Positions 18,253-28,780 of a stretch of DNA of 45,112 nucleotides are shown here, in pieces (the stretch's first letter is position 1; every line of letters starts with the position of its first letter). The notes beneath the pieces were generated by a model, which saw nothing but the letters and a program-made list of their open reading frames with translations, was not told the DNA's origin and ran no database searches. This stretch comes from Porticoccaceae bacterium. GTDB lineage: Bacteria > Pseudomonadota > Gammaproteobacteria > Pseudomonadales > Porticoccaceae. The stretch is from the NCBI GenBank assembly GCA_002746985.1, contig NVXH01000007.1:151322-196433 (forward strand), given 5' to 3'. The position numbers and the translations under genes were made by a program.

Positions 18253-19701
18253 TTACAAGTTTTCCATTTTCTTTTCAAACTCAATAAGATCTCTAAGCTG
18301 TTGATCAATAATGGCTGTTTGCTTGAAGTCATGTATCAATAACTTTCTGGCATATCCTAGCTGATCTCTGGCCCGATCAAATACACCGTTTAGAATGAAA
18401 TACTGGGCTCGAGCTTTGTGTACCCCTGAAATATTACCTGCCAGGCCTCGTATTTCCGCAAGCTGGAACCATACTTCAGGGTTGTTTGGATGGCTAAAGG
18501 CTAGTGTGTCGAGCACCTGTTCTGATTCAGGATATTGATTTGATTTTAAGTAGGTTTCTGCCAGAGACATTCGAAGGGGGTAACTGTCAGAGCTGTATTT
18601 TAAAAGCCTTTTAGTCTTGCGTATAGCAATATCAAATCGTCCCTGAGCTCTATCAATATCAATATCTGCCATTTGGTAGGTAAGTCGATTGGGTGATTTT
18701 TTTAGCAGAACATCAATGGATTTTTCTGCCTCGACATGGTTTCCAAGTACCTCATAAGAGAGTGCGACACCGTAACGAGCTGCTTCACGGTTTAGGGTGT
18801 TGCCTTTTAGTTCGTGTTGGAAGCGGTTGAGCGATACGCTTGCATTGTTGTCGATAGCGATTAATGCCCGGACACGCATTAGGTGAAATTCCAGATTATC
18901 CAGGTATTGTTTTGGTGGCAGTTGGCTGATTCGGTTTTTGGCGTCTGCTACCCGGTTTTCGGTTAGTGGGTGGGTAAGTAAAAATTCGGGTGGCCTGCTG
19001 CCGTATCGGGACATTTTGAGCATTTCTTCAAACATGCTAGACATAGCCCTTGGGTCCATGCCTGCTTCGGCCATGGTTTGAAGCCCTAGTCGATCCGCTT
19101 CTTGCTCATTTTGGCGGCTGTAGCGCAGAGAGCTTTGCTTGCTTGCAGCCTGGGTTGCCGTTAACCCGGCGAGGCCGGCATCTCCACCCACGGTTGCTGC
19201 CAAGACGAGGCTGGCAAGCATTCCAGCAAGGCTAACAATAGAATTTTTTCTCTGTGCATCGATTCTGCGGGCAAAGTGTCTTTGGCTAAGGTGGGCAAGT
19301 TCATGTGCAAGTACAGACGAAAGCTGATGCTCAGTTTTGGCATAGAGGAATAAGCCCGTATGAATACCAATGACTCCTCCCGGGACGGCAAAAGCATTCA
19401 TCGACGGATTGTTGATAGTAATGAGTTCCAGCCTGCGGTCTTCCAATTCACTGTAAGATGCCAGCTTGTAGATGAGTTGTTCTAAATAGTCACTGAGCAG
19501 AGGGTCGTTGTATTCGTTAATTCTGCTGCGATAGGCTCTAAGCCAGGCTCGGCCCAGTTCATGCTCTTGTTGCAGAGAAATAATTCCGGAAGAGCTGTCA
19601 CCTAGAGAAGGCAGTTTAACATTGGCGCTTTCGACGGAAGTGGCTATAAGGCCGACAGCTGCGGCGGTTAGAGCGAAATGCTTAAAATATTTAAACAACA
19701 C
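18253..19701 (-). CDS. bepA: M48 family periplasmic metalloprotease with TPRs (BepA/YfgC)
   Basis: 'LPSLGD', 'NAFAVPGG', HExxH (HELAH), 'YSRQNEQEADR', 'LLTHP', followed by a TPR tail. Confidence 0.88.
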   Translation of the reverse strand: MLFKYFKHFALTAAAVGLIATSVESANVKLPSLGDSSSGIISLQQEHELGRAWLRAYRSRINEYNDPLLSDYLEQLIYKLASYSELEDRRLELITINNPSMNAFAVPGGVIGIHTGLFLYAKTEHQLSSVLAHELAHLSQRHFARRIDAQRKNSIVSLAGMLASLVLAATVGGDAGLAGLTATQAASKQSSLRYSRQNEQEADRLGLQTMAEAGMDPRAMSSMFEEMLKMSRYGSRPPEFLLTHPLTENRVADAKNRISQLPPKQYLDNLEFHLMRVRALIAIDNNASVSLNRFQHELKGNTLNREAARYGVALSYEVLGNHVEAEKSIDVLLKKSPNRLTYQMADIDIDRAQGRFDIAIRKTKRLLKYSSDSYPLRMSLAETYLKSNQYPESEQVLDTLAFSHPNNPEVWFQLAEIRGLAGNISGVHKARAQYFILNGVFDRARDQLGYARKLLIHDFKQTAIIDQQLRDLIEFEKKMENL

Positions 19702-19906
19702 AGTTGGCTAAGTCCTTTGGTCTGCTAATGCACTAAGGCATTTTAACGTGGCAGTGTAAGTATAAGACTAAATGTATAGGAATTAGTGCATTTTCAGCTT
19801 AAAAGCGTTTCGTCAGCAAAAAGGTTGACGATCGTTCTTGAAGCCTGAGCATTGATCTCTTAACCTGACGTTAATTGACAGATGTCGCTGGTGTTGGAAA
19901 TTTTTT

Positions 19907-20977
19907 ATGTGGAAAGTACTAGGAAGTTGGGTGAACCGCTATTTTGGTGAAGAAGAGGCTGTTCTTCTTGCGATGTTGCTTGTGGTCGCCTTGATTGTTG
20001 CTGCAACGATGGGTGAGATTTTGGCTCCTTTTATCGCTGCACTTATCTTTGCTTTTTTATTGCAGGGTGGCGTAAATCACCTGACGAAGTGGAATGTACC
20101 GAGGCTAGTATCCGTTACCCTCGTCTTTTTGTTTTTTGTTGGCGTGTTTCTGGCCATCTTGATTGTACTACTTCCTTTGATAGGCCGGCAGGCAGCGAAC
20201 CTTGCAGCTGAAGTCCCTGCGATGGTTAAGCATTGGCAGGATGTGCTGCTGTTGTTGCCCGACCAGTATCCACACTTGATTTCCGAAGCACAGCTGAAAG
20301 AGCTGTTGGGTCAGGCTTCTGTTGAAGTGGCGGGAATGGCGCAGCGGTTGGTCAGCTTTTCCTTTAGTACCTTTCCCAGTGTTGTTGCAATGATTGTTTA
20401 TCTGGTACTGGTTCCTCTTCTCGTGTTTTTTATGCTCAAGGATAAAGATGAGCTGTTGGACTTGCTGTCTAGTCTGCTGCCTCATGAACGCCCTGTAATG
20501 TGGCGTATTTGGCATGAGATGAATATGCAGATGGCCAACTATGTACGTGGGAAGGCCATAGAGATTTTAGTGGTGGGGTTGGTGAGCTATGTGGCCTTTT
20601 TAATACTGGGCCTAAATTATGCGGCCTTGCTAGCCTTGTTGGTGGGGCTATCTGTAGTGGTTCCTTATCTGGGGGCAGCTGTCGTCACTATTCCCGTTAC
20701 AGTTGTGGCTTATTTTCAATGGGGTTGGGGAGGAGACTTGCTTTGGTTGTTTGTAGTCTATGGCATTATTCAGGGGTTAGATGGCAACGTGTTGGTGCCC
20801 CTACTCTTTTCAGAAGCAGTTAACTTACACCCCATCGTGATTATTCTTGCGGTATTAGTATTTGGCGGTCTTTGGGGTTTCTGGGGTGTATTCTTTGCCA
20901 TTCCTTTGGCGACGTTAGTGAAAGCACTTTATAACGCTTGGCCGCGAACTGAGGTGGTTCGTTCGGTGTCCGAGTAA
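19907..20977 (+). CDS. perM: AI-2E family transporter (PerM-like)
   Basis: Hydrophobic protein with 'VPYLGA', 'LDGNVLVPLLFSEAVNLHP', 'WGFWGVFFAIPLA'. Divergent from bepA, as in the conserved arrangement. Confidence 0.85.
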   Translation: MWKVLGSWVNRYFGEEEAVLLAMLLVVALIVAATMGEILAPFIAALIFAFLLQGGVNHLTKWNVPRLVSVTLVFLFFVGVFLAILIVLLPLIGRQAANLAAEVPAMVKHWQDVLLLLPDQYPHLISEAQLKELLGQASVEVAGMAQRLVSFSFSTFPSVVAMIVYLVLVPLLVFFMLKDKDELLDLLSSLLPHERPVMWRIWHEMNMQMANYVRGKAIEILVVGLVSYVAFLILGLNYAALLALLVGLSVVVPYLGAAVVTIPVTVVAYFQWGWGGDLLWLFVVYGIIQGLDGNVLVPLLFSEAVNLHPIVIILAVLVFGGLWGFWGVFFAIPLATLVKALYNAWPRTEVVRSVSE

Positions 20978-21018
20978 CGCTTATTATTTATTCTGTTAAC
21001 AATTAATAATGGTACCCA

Positions 21019-23946
21019 ATGAAAAGAATCGCTGTAGCATTTGTATACTTACTGATTGCAACGCTTGGTTATAGTCAGGTCTTTGCGGACCATCATGGCC
21101 ATAAGGGTCAAGATGAAAAAGGCCATGAATACCAAGTTGAGATTGCCAAGAGTGATAACGATCACTCAGAATATCGTTATTTACAGTTAGCCAATCAGAT
21201 GCAGGTATTGCTTGTTTCTGATAATAAAGCCGACAAGGCTGCGGCGGCTCTTGATGTTTTTGTTGGTAGTTCCCATGACCCGGTTAAGCGTGAGGGCTTG
21301 GCACATTTTCTGGAGCATATGCTGTTCTTGGGTACTGATCGCTATCCAGAGCCGGATGAATACCAGGCATTTATCAGTCAGCATGGTGGCCAGCATAATG
21401 CTTACACCTCGTTTGATCATACCAATTATTTCTTCGATGTTGATCCAGCAGATTTTGAAACTACTCTCGACCGCTTCTCTCGTTTTTTTGTGGCACCATT
21501 ATTTAATGCTGAATATGTGGGGCGTGAAAAAAATGCAGTGCACTCAGAATATAAAGCTCGTATCAAAAATGATTATCGCCGACAGCGAGATGTCTTTAGC
21601 AAGGTTGTAAACCCCAATCATCCGGCAGCTAAATTCAGTGTGGGAAATTTAGATACATTGGCAGACAGCCCTGAAGGCAAGGTTCGTGATGATCTGTTGT
21701 TGTTTTACAAACAACATTATTCAGCTAATCGAATGACGCTGGTGGTTTTGGCTCCCCAGTCTCTGGATGAATTGGAGTCAATGGTTCGTAAGCGCTTTGA
21801 TGAGGTGCCAAATTATCAAAGTGTTCAGCCAGAGCACAAGCAGCCATTGTTTAAAGAGGGTTCATTGCCCTTGTTATTATCGCTTAAGCCTGTTCAGGAA
21901 TTAAGGCAGTTGTCTGTTACTTTGCCGCTGCCAGCTGTCCAGGAGTTCTATCATGAAAAACCTTTGAGCTACATTGCGAATTTGATTGGACATGAGGGTG
22001 AGGGCAGTTTGTTGTCTTTACTTAAAGCAAAAGGATTGGCAGAGGGATTGAGTGCAGGAAAGGGTATATCTGATATTAACGGGAGTTCTTTTGATGTCAC
22101 TGTTAGTTTGACTCCTCTGGGTCTAGAAAATTGGCAGCAAGTACTTGCGTTAGTGTTTCAGGAAATAGCCCTGGTTTCTGACCAGGGTGTGGCCAAATGG
22201 CGGATGCTTGAGCAAGGCTCTTTGGCAACGATGCAATTTCGCCACCAAGAGTTGGGCGAGCCGATACATCGAGTGAGTCAATTAGCTAGTCAATTGCACC
22301 AGTATCCTTATCAGGATGTTATGAGAGGTCCTTACCTGATGGATCGATTTGATGCCGGGCTTATTAAAAGTATGTTGGCATTAATGACACCAGAAAATGC
22401 CATGGTCACATTGATGGCCCCCGAGGCTGAAACCAATAAGACATCAACACTCTACCAGGTGCCTTATAGTATTGCTGCGTTGCCTGGAATGAATGGTAAA
22501 GGGCTTAGAGGTAAAGAGCTTGGTAGCGAAAAACTCAATAATAATATTGAGGACAAGCTTGGTATAAATAAACTAATGTTGCCCATCGCAAATGAGTTTA
22601 TTCCTGAAAATTTTGAACTCAAATTTCCGTTAAAGGCCAGTCAGCCGGGTTTGCCAATATTGCTGGAGAATAAACCAAGCTATCGATTGTGGCACTACCC
22701 CGATAATTATTATCAAGTTCCTAAGGCCCAGTTTTATGTGGCCGTTAAAATCCCGGTCATTGTCAATGCTACTGATGCCGCAATGGTTGAGCTTTACTTG
22801 AAGTTGGTGAATGAAAGGCTGAACGAACCAAATTATGCCGCAGCACTGGCTGGCTTGGGGTATCACGCTAATAGGCGCCAGGATGGTATTGGTTTTGTCG
22901 TCAGTGGCTTTGATAATAAATTAGCCGCATTAGTGGAGACTGTGGCCGATGGCCTCCTGCTACCCTTTTCTTCGAAAGATGCATCAAGTGAGCTGGTCGA
23001 GCGACTAAGAAAGGAGCTTATTAGGCATTGGCGTAATGGAGCTAAAGATACACCCTATAAACAACTGATACGTGAGACGGGTTTGTTGCTGAATACTTCT
23101 TCATGGCAGCCGATGCAGCTTGCTAATGCGCTGGAGGGGTTTGATAGCAAGGTGTTTGACCAGTTTGTTGCGGGTCTTTATCGGGGAGCAACGCTTGAGA
23201 TGTTTGCCAGTGGTAATCTTCATAAAGTAGACGTGGGGCGGTTGGCGAAAATACTGGCAAGCCGCTTTGCCAGTGAGCCATATGCTGATTGGGGAAATAG
23301 AGGTGTGGTTAGAATTCCTACGGGACAAAAAATCCAAACACATCTTTCCATTGACCATAAAGATTTCGCCATTCTCCGGTATTACCAAGGACGTAATGAC
23401 AGCCTAGGTGAAACTGTGAGAGTCATGTTGTTACGGCAGGTGATGCGTTCAGAATTTTTTCATCAATTACGTACAGAGCAACAGCTTGGTTATGTGGTGG
23501 CTGTGGTGAATCAAGGGATGGATAGGGTGCCTGGTTTTAGTTTGTTGGTGCAGTCTCCTAGTACTTCAGTAGGTAAGCTGGAAGAAGCTATTGATCAGTT
23601 TTTGCTGGATTTTGACCAACAGCTACAAGATATGCCAAAGGAAGAATTTGAGCGCCATCGGCAAGCGGTACTGACAGGACTGCGGGAAAAGCCAAAAAGC
23701 TTGGCGGAGCAGTCGGCTAGGTTCTGGGGTAGCATTGATATACGTGATTATACTTTTAGCCGTAGGGAGAAAATAATTACTGCGGTTGAGCGTCTCACAT
23801 ACAAGGAGTTGCGAGATGCTTACAAGGTTTTGGTGATGGATTCAGGTTATTCCATGCAGGTAGATAGTGCTGACGGTCATACATGGAGTGGGGATGAGTT
23901 TATGCTAGGTCGTGGTGTTTACCACCTTTCTACCGAAAAAATGTAG
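21019..23946 (+). CDS. Insulinase/pitrilysin family (M16A) periplasmic metallopeptidase
   Basis: Signal peptide, inverted zinc motif HFLEH, 'NAYT', 'QLRTEQQLGY'. Confidence 0.9.
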   Translation: MKRIAVAFVYLLIATLGYSQVFADHHGHKGQDEKGHEYQVEIAKSDNDHSEYRYLQLANQMQVLLVSDNKADKAAAALDVFVGSSHDPVKREGLAHFLEHMLFLGTDRYPEPDEYQAFISQHGGQHNAYTSFDHTNYFFDVDPADFETTLDRFSRFFVAPLFNAEYVGREKNAVHSEYKARIKNDYRRQRDVFSKVVNPNHPAAKFSVGNLDTLADSPEGKVRDDLLLFYKQHYSANRMTLVVLAPQSLDELESMVRKRFDEVPNYQSVQPEHKQPLFKEGSLPLLLSLKPVQELRQLSVTLPLPAVQEFYHEKPLSYIANLIGHEGEGSLLSLLKAKGLAEGLSAGKGISDINGSSFDVTVSLTPLGLENWQQVLALVFQEIALVSDQGVAKWRMLEQGSLATMQFRHQELGEPIHRVSQLASQLHQYPYQDVMRGPYLMDRFDAGLIKSMLALMTPENAMVTLMAPEAETNKTSTLYQVPYSIAALPGMNGKGLRGKELGSEKLNNNIEDKLGINKLMLPIANEFIPENFELKFPLKASQPGLPILLENKPSYRLWHYPDNYYQVPKAQFYVAVKIPVIVNATDAAMVELYLKLVNERLNEPNYAAALAGLGYHANRRQDGIGFVVSGFDNKLAALVETVADGLLLPFSSKDASSELVERLRKELIRHWRNGAKDTPYKQLIRETGLLLNTSSWQPMQLANALEGFDSKVFDQFVAGLYRGATLEMFASGNLHKVDVGRLAKILASRFASEPYADWGNRGVVRIPTGQKIQTHLSIDHKDFAILRYYQGRNDSLGETVRVMLLRQVMRSEFFHQLRTEQQLGYVVAVVNQGMDRVPGFSLLVQSPSTSVGKLEEAIDQFLLDFDQQLQDMPKEEFERHRQAVLTGLREKPKSLAEQSARFWGSIDIRDYTFSRREKIITAVERLTYKELRDAYKVLVMDSGYSMQVDSADGHTWSGDEFMLGRGVYHLSTEKM

Positions 23947-23956
23947 TAAAACTATA
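23942..23956. promoter_or_regulatory. Second HexR/RccR-like operator half-match overlapping the peptidase stop codon
   Basis: TGTAGT-AAA-ACTATA, one mismatch from the perfect core at 24070-24084. Confidence 0.45.
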
Positions 23957-24060
23957 TTTATTTTTACAATTAACTATTTAAATAATAGTTATTAAACAGT
24001 ATGTTGGGTATATATCTGAGTTTTTTTTAGTTTTTATCTTTTCTATTTTTGGTTGATATG

Positions 24061-24093
24061 AATATTTTGTGTAGTTATACTACACAAAATATT
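24061..24093. promoter_or_regulatory. Perfect 15-bp inverted repeat upstream of aceE with a HexR/RccR-like core
   Basis: AATATTTTGTGTAGT-TAT-ACTACACAAAATATT. Core TGTAGT-N3-ACTACA at 24070-24084. Confidence 0.7.
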
Positions 24094-24185
24094 GGCAGAG
24101 CAGTAATGGTTTTCATTGCTGGTTAAGGGGTACATACTGCCTTTGTATTCTTATTGATAACTGAATGGTATAAAAGGTATTGGTC

Positions 24186-26840
24186 ATGCACGAAGATATG
24201 GATCCTGTCGAAACTCAGGAATGGCTAGAGTCATTGGATTCAGTGTTAAGGCATCAAGGCGAAGAGCGTACGGCCTTTCTTTTGCAGCAACTGCTTGACC
24301 GAGCAACACATACCGGGGTGCGTATGCCCCAGGCCATTACTACTCCATATTGTAATACCATTCCTACAACCCGCGAAAAGCGTATGCCTGGCGATCTGTT
24401 TATGGAGCGCAGCATTCGTTCCATGATTCGCTGGAATGCTCTGGCCATGGTAATGCGGGCTAACAAAGATCCTGATGAAGGCATTGGCGGCCATATTGCA
24501 TCATTTGCCTCTTCGGCGACCCTCTATGATATTGGTTTTAACTATTTCTTTCGTGGTGATGAAGGGGAGAATCTTGGCGATTTAATCTATTTTCAAGGCC
24601 ACAGCGCACCGGGAATTTATGCGCGCTCTTATCTTGAACGTCGTTTTGATGAAGATGATCTGGATAGTTATCGTCGCGAGGTTGGAGGTAAGGGGCTTTC
24701 TTCATATCCACACCCGTGGTTAATGCCGGACTACTGGCAATTTCCCACTGTTTCAATGGGGCTTGGGCCTTTGCAGGCCATTTATCAAGCTCACATCATG
24801 CGCTATCTATCTGCTCGTGAATTAGTGCCTCGTGGCGACCGTAAAGTCTGGGCTTTCTTGGGCGATGGTGAATGTGATGAGCCAGAAACACTGGGTGCAA
24901 TTTCTTTAGCCGGTCGAGAAAATCTTGAAAATCTGGTTTTTGTTGTGAACTGTAACCTACAGCGTCTTGATGGCCCTGTGCGCGGAAATGGCAAAATTAT
25001 TCAGGAGCTGGAAGGCGTATTTCGTGGTGCTGGTTGGAATGTGATTAAAGTTGTGTGGGGGCGATTATGGGACCCTCTGCTTGCTAAGGATCAGAGCGGC
25101 TTATTGCAACAGCGTATGGATGAAGCTTGCGATGGTGATTATCAAAATTACAAACACAATGGTGGTGCCTATACACGGGACCACTTTTTTGGGACGTCTC
25201 CAGAATTAAAAGCATTGGTGGAAGATTTGAGTGATAAGGACATCATGGCCCTTAATCGTGGTGGTCATGATCCTTATAAAGTTTATGCGGCCTACGCTGA
25301 GGCATTGGCACACAAAGGGCAGCCGACGGTTATCCTGGCGAAAACAGTGAAAGGTTATGGCATGGGGGTGGGTTCAGGAGAAGCGGCCAATGATACCCAT
25401 TCCATTAAAAAGCTGGATTTAGAAAGCCTTAAGCATTTTAGAGATCGTTTTGGTATTCCTATTACCGATGATGAGTTGCCCGGAGTGCCTTATTACCGGC
25501 CACCGGAAGATAGCCCGGAAATGGTGTATATGAATAAGCGGCGAGCATCATTGGGTGGTGCGCTGCCTGCTCGTCGAGCTACTTTTGATGCACTTGATAT
25601 TATGCCTTTGTCAGATTTTGGAAAACTCCTTGAAGGTAGCGGGGAGAGAAAAATTTCTACAACCATGGCATTTGTTCGACAGCTTGGAATGTTGTTAAAG
25701 GATAAAAATATTGGTCAGAGAGTCGTGCCTATTGTGCCAGATGAAGCGCGTACCTTTGGTATGGAAGGTATGTTTCGTCAGTTAGGAATTTATTCTTCAG
25801 CGGGGCAAAAATATGTTCCACAGGATCATGACCAGATCATGTATTACAAAGAGGATAAAAAAGGACAAATCCTTGAAGAGGGTATTAATGAAGCCGGAGC
25901 TATGTCAGCCTGGATAGCATTAGCAACCTCTTACAGCAGTAATCATTTTCCGATGATTCCTGTGTATATTTATTATTCAATGTTTGGTTTTCAGCGGATT
26001 GGTGATTTGGCCTGGGCTGCTGGTGACATGCAGGCGCGAGGATTTTTGATTGGAGCAACAGCGGGCCGCACAACACTTAATGGTGAAGGCCTGCAGCATC
26101 AGGATGGTCATAGCCATCTATTGGCAAATACTATTCCCAATTGTCGAACCTATGATCCAGCGTATGCCTATGAAGTGGTGGTCATTGTTCAAGATGGCTT
26201 GAAGGTGATGTTTGAGCAGCAGGAAAACTGTTTTTATTACATCACGACCATGAATGAAAATTATCGACAGCCAGCGATGCCTGACAATGTTGCGGAAGGC
26301 ATTATCAAGGGTATGTATTTATTTGATGATGGTGGCAAAGCTGATTTGAAAGTTCAGTTGATGGGCGCGGGCAGCATTCTCAATGAAGTACGTGAAGCCG
26401 CTGTAATTCTGAAAGAAAAATATAAAGTGTCTGCAGATATCTGGAGTTTGACCAGTGTCAATCAGCTAGCACGCGATGGTCAGGCCGTAGAGCGGTGGAA
26501 TATGCTGCACCCAGAAGAGCCTTCTAAGGTGCCTTATATTACCGAACAGCTGGCCGGGCATGAGGGTCCTGTCGTGGTTGCTACGGATTATATCAAAAGT
26601 TATACCGAGCAGTTGCGCGCTTATATTCCTTCCAGCTATCGGGTGCTGGGGACAGATGGCTTTGGCCGTAGTGATAGTCGCGAGCAACTTCGTTACTTTT
26701 TCGAAGTGAGTCGCTATTTTGTAGTGATAGCGGCATTAAAATCCCTTGCCGATGAAGGAAAGATAGACGCATCTGTTGTAACGCAGGCAATTGCAGATTT
26801 TAATTTAGATCCCGAAAAAACCAACCCGCTTTATTGTTAG
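24186..26840 (+). CDS. aceE: Pyruvate dehydrogenase E1 component
   Basis: 'DPVETQEWL', 'GGHIASFAS', ThDP motif GDGECDE, 'VPDEARTFGMEG', 'GEGLQHQDG', 'LGTDGFGRSD'. ATG 24186 preferred to TTG 24180. Confidence 0.97.
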   Translation: MHEDMDPVETQEWLESLDSVLRHQGEERTAFLLQQLLDRATHTGVRMPQAITTPYCNTIPTTREKRMPGDLFMERSIRSMIRWNALAMVMRANKDPDEGIGGHIASFASSATLYDIGFNYFFRGDEGENLGDLIYFQGHSAPGIYARSYLERRFDEDDLDSYRREVGGKGLSSYPHPWLMPDYWQFPTVSMGLGPLQAIYQAHIMRYLSARELVPRGDRKVWAFLGDGECDEPETLGAISLAGRENLENLVFVVNCNLQRLDGPVRGNGKIIQELEGVFRGAGWNVIKVVWGRLWDPLLAKDQSGLLQQRMDEACDGDYQNYKHNGGAYTRDHFFGTSPELKALVEDLSDKDIMALNRGGHDPYKVYAAYAEALAHKGQPTVILAKTVKGYGMGVGSGEAANDTHSIKKLDLESLKHFRDRFGIPITDDELPGVPYYRPPEDSPEMVYMNKRRASLGGALPARRATFDALDIMPLSDFGKLLEGSGERKISTTMAFVRQLGMLLKDKNIGQRVVPIVPDEARTFGMEGMFRQLGIYSSAGQKYVPQDHDQIMYYKEDKKGQILEEGINEAGAMSAWIALATSYSSNHFPMIPVYIYYSMFGFQRIGDLAWAAGDMQARGFLIGATAGRTTLNGEGLQHQDGHSHLLANTIPNCRTYDPAYAYEVVVIVQDGLKVMFEQQENCFYYITTMNENYRQPAMPDNVAEGIIKGMYLFDDGGKADLKVQLMGAGSILNEVREAAVILKEKYKVSADIWSLTSVNQLARDGQAVERWNMLHPEEPSKVPYITEQLAGHEGPVVVATDYIKSYTEQLRAYIPSSYRVLGTDGFGRSDSREQLRYFFEVSRYFVVIAALKSLADEGKIDASVVTQAIADFNLDPEKTNPLYC

Positions 26841-26859
26841 TAGACCCTAAGAATGAGAA

Positions 26860-28614
26860 TTGAACGTGACCACTGAAACTATTCATGTACCCGACCTCGG
26901 TGGTGCCGAGAGTGTAGAAGTAATCGAGCTCTGTGTTGCTCCTGGCGACGTGGTAGAAGTTGAGCAATCGTTAATTATCCTGGAGTCGGACAAAGCGACG
27001 ATGGATGTACCGAGCCCTAAAGCGGGAACGGTAAAGACTCTGGTTGTTAAAGAAGGTGATATTGTCAGTGAAGGGGCGGCTATTGTTGAATTAGAGCTGG
27101 AGTCAGAGCTGAAAGAAGAGGTTGGTGATACAGTTTCTGATACCTCCTTGGAAGAGATTAACCCCGAGGGTGAAGTTGATAGTGTAATCGATGGTGCCGT
27201 TGATAATGTAATTGATAGCGTAAAAGAAACATCGGCTGTGAGTGGAGATGATGGGCCTGGGGGTTCTACCGTAGAGCAGGTAGTTTGTGTGCCGGATACG
27301 GGTACAGAAGAGGCCATTGAAATTATCGAGTTGGCAGTGTCTCCTGGCGATATATTAGCTGAAGGTGACAGTATTTTGGTGGTGGAAACGGATAAAGCTA
27401 CCATGGAAATACCGACAGATATCGGTGGTGAAGTTCTCAGGCTTCTGGTTAAAGAGGGAGATAAGGTTCATAGCGGTGATGAAATTGTTGTGTTGGCTAT
27501 TGCTTCCAGTATGGCTGAATCTGAAGATAGTTCTTCTCGTCAAAAAGGCAGTGAAAAAGACAATAAACTTTCAGAGCCTTCAATATTAGGCAATGCACCT
27601 ATATTAGACAGCGCTCCTCTATTAGAGAATACACCTACATCAGCCCCTGATTCTGGATCAAAAACAACAGGTCATGAGGTTGCTGGTTTGTTGCCCTCCA
27701 GTACAGATGTTTATGCCGGGCCTGCATCGCGGGCATTGGCGCGGGAGTTGGGTGTTGATCTGCATAAGGTTAAAGGTACAGGTCCCCGTGGCCGTATACT
27801 CAAAGATGATCTAAATGATTATGTAAAAAATGCCGTAGCTATTGCTGAATCTGGTTCTCTTGGGGCAGCAGCAGGGGCAGGTATTCCTGCAATCCCGGAT
27901 GTAGATTTTAGTAAGTTTGGTGAGATTGAAATGATCCCACTACAAAAGATTCAGAAACTTACTGCGGCAAACCTGCATCGAAGTTGGGTTAATGTTCCTC
28001 ATGTTACGCAGTTTGATGAGGCAGATATTACTGACCTGGAAGAATTTCGTCAGTCACTTAAGGCTGAAGCAGAGAAGCGTGGTTCACGTTTAACACCGTT
28101 GCCATTTCTTCTTAAGGCCTGCGCCCATGCGATGGTAGCCAACCCTGAGTTTAATCGTTCGATCACTAGCAATGGCGAGAGCTTTGTACAAAAAAAATAT
28201 GTACACATTGGTATTGCTGTTGATACTCCAAGAGGCTTAGTCGTTCCAGTGATCCGGGATGTCGATACTAAAGGCTTGTGGCAATTGGCGATAGAAGTGA
28301 ATGAGATGGCGGCAAAGGCCCGAGACGGGAAGCTTTCTGCTAATGACATGCAGGGTGGTTGTTTCACTATTTCCAGTTTGGGTGCGATTGGCGGAAACGG
28401 CTTTACCCCTATAGTGAATACACCAGAAGCGGGTATTCTTGGGGTTTCTAAATCTCAGATGAAACCGGTATGGAATGGCTCAGAATTTATACCGAGAATG
28501 ATGTTGCCGTTAAGTATTTCCTACGATCACCGTGTCATTAACGGCGCTGATTGTGGGCGATTTTTTACCTACTTGGTTCAAGAGTTGGGTGACACTCGTC
28601 GTCTAGCGCTATAA
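26860..28614 (+). CDS. aceF: Pyruvate dehydrogenase E2 (dihydrolipoamide acetyltransferase) with two lipoyl domains
   Basis: Two lipoyl motifs (ESDKAT, ETDKAT), E3-binding domain 'RALARELGVDL..V.GTGPRGRI', catalytic 'YDHRVING'. Confidence 0.96.
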   Translation: MNVTTETIHVPDLGGAESVEVIELCVAPGDVVEVEQSLIILESDKATMDVPSPKAGTVKTLVVKEGDIVSEGAAIVELELESELKEEVGDTVSDTSLEEINPEGEVDSVIDGAVDNVIDSVKETSAVSGDDGPGGSTVEQVVCVPDTGTEEAIEIIELAVSPGDILAEGDSILVVETDKATMEIPTDIGGEVLRLLVKEGDKVHSGDEIVVLAIASSMAESEDSSSRQKGSEKDNKLSEPSILGNAPILDSAPLLENTPTSAPDSGSKTTGHEVAGLLPSSTDVYAGPASRALARELGVDLHKVKGTGPRGRILKDDLNDYVKNAVAIAESGSLGAAAGAGIPAIPDVDFSKFGEIEMIPLQKIQKLTAANLHRSWVNVPHVTQFDEADITDLEEFRQSLKAEAEKRGSRLTPLPFLLKACAHAMVANPEFNRSITSNGESFVQKKYVHIGIAVDTPRGLVVPVIRDVDTKGLWQLAIEVNEMAAKARDGKLSANDMQGGCFTISSLGAIGGNGFTPIVNTPEAGILGVSKSQMKPVWNGSEFIPRMMLPLSISYDHRVINGADCGRFFTYLVQELGDTRRLAL

Positions 28615-28780
28615 AAAATTAGTTTTTATACAATAAATTTTTATATTTCAATTGGTTGTGGAACTTTTTTGGGGCTTGAGGTGCCCAATTAACACAGGTG
28701 TATATAAAAGTAGGCTACTTACTCTTTTTAACTATAAGCATCTGAATGATCTTTCGTAAAAATTAAAGTAGGGTATTGCG

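Noticed and set aside
19702-19906. Remnant of the TusA-like gene found between bepA and perM in Pseudomonas
   Set aside because: No frame gave a CPxP or other TusA-like motif.
28615-28780. Missing lpdA after aceF as an anomaly
   Set aside because: An aceE-aceF unit with lpd elsewhere is common in Pseudomonas-like genomes.
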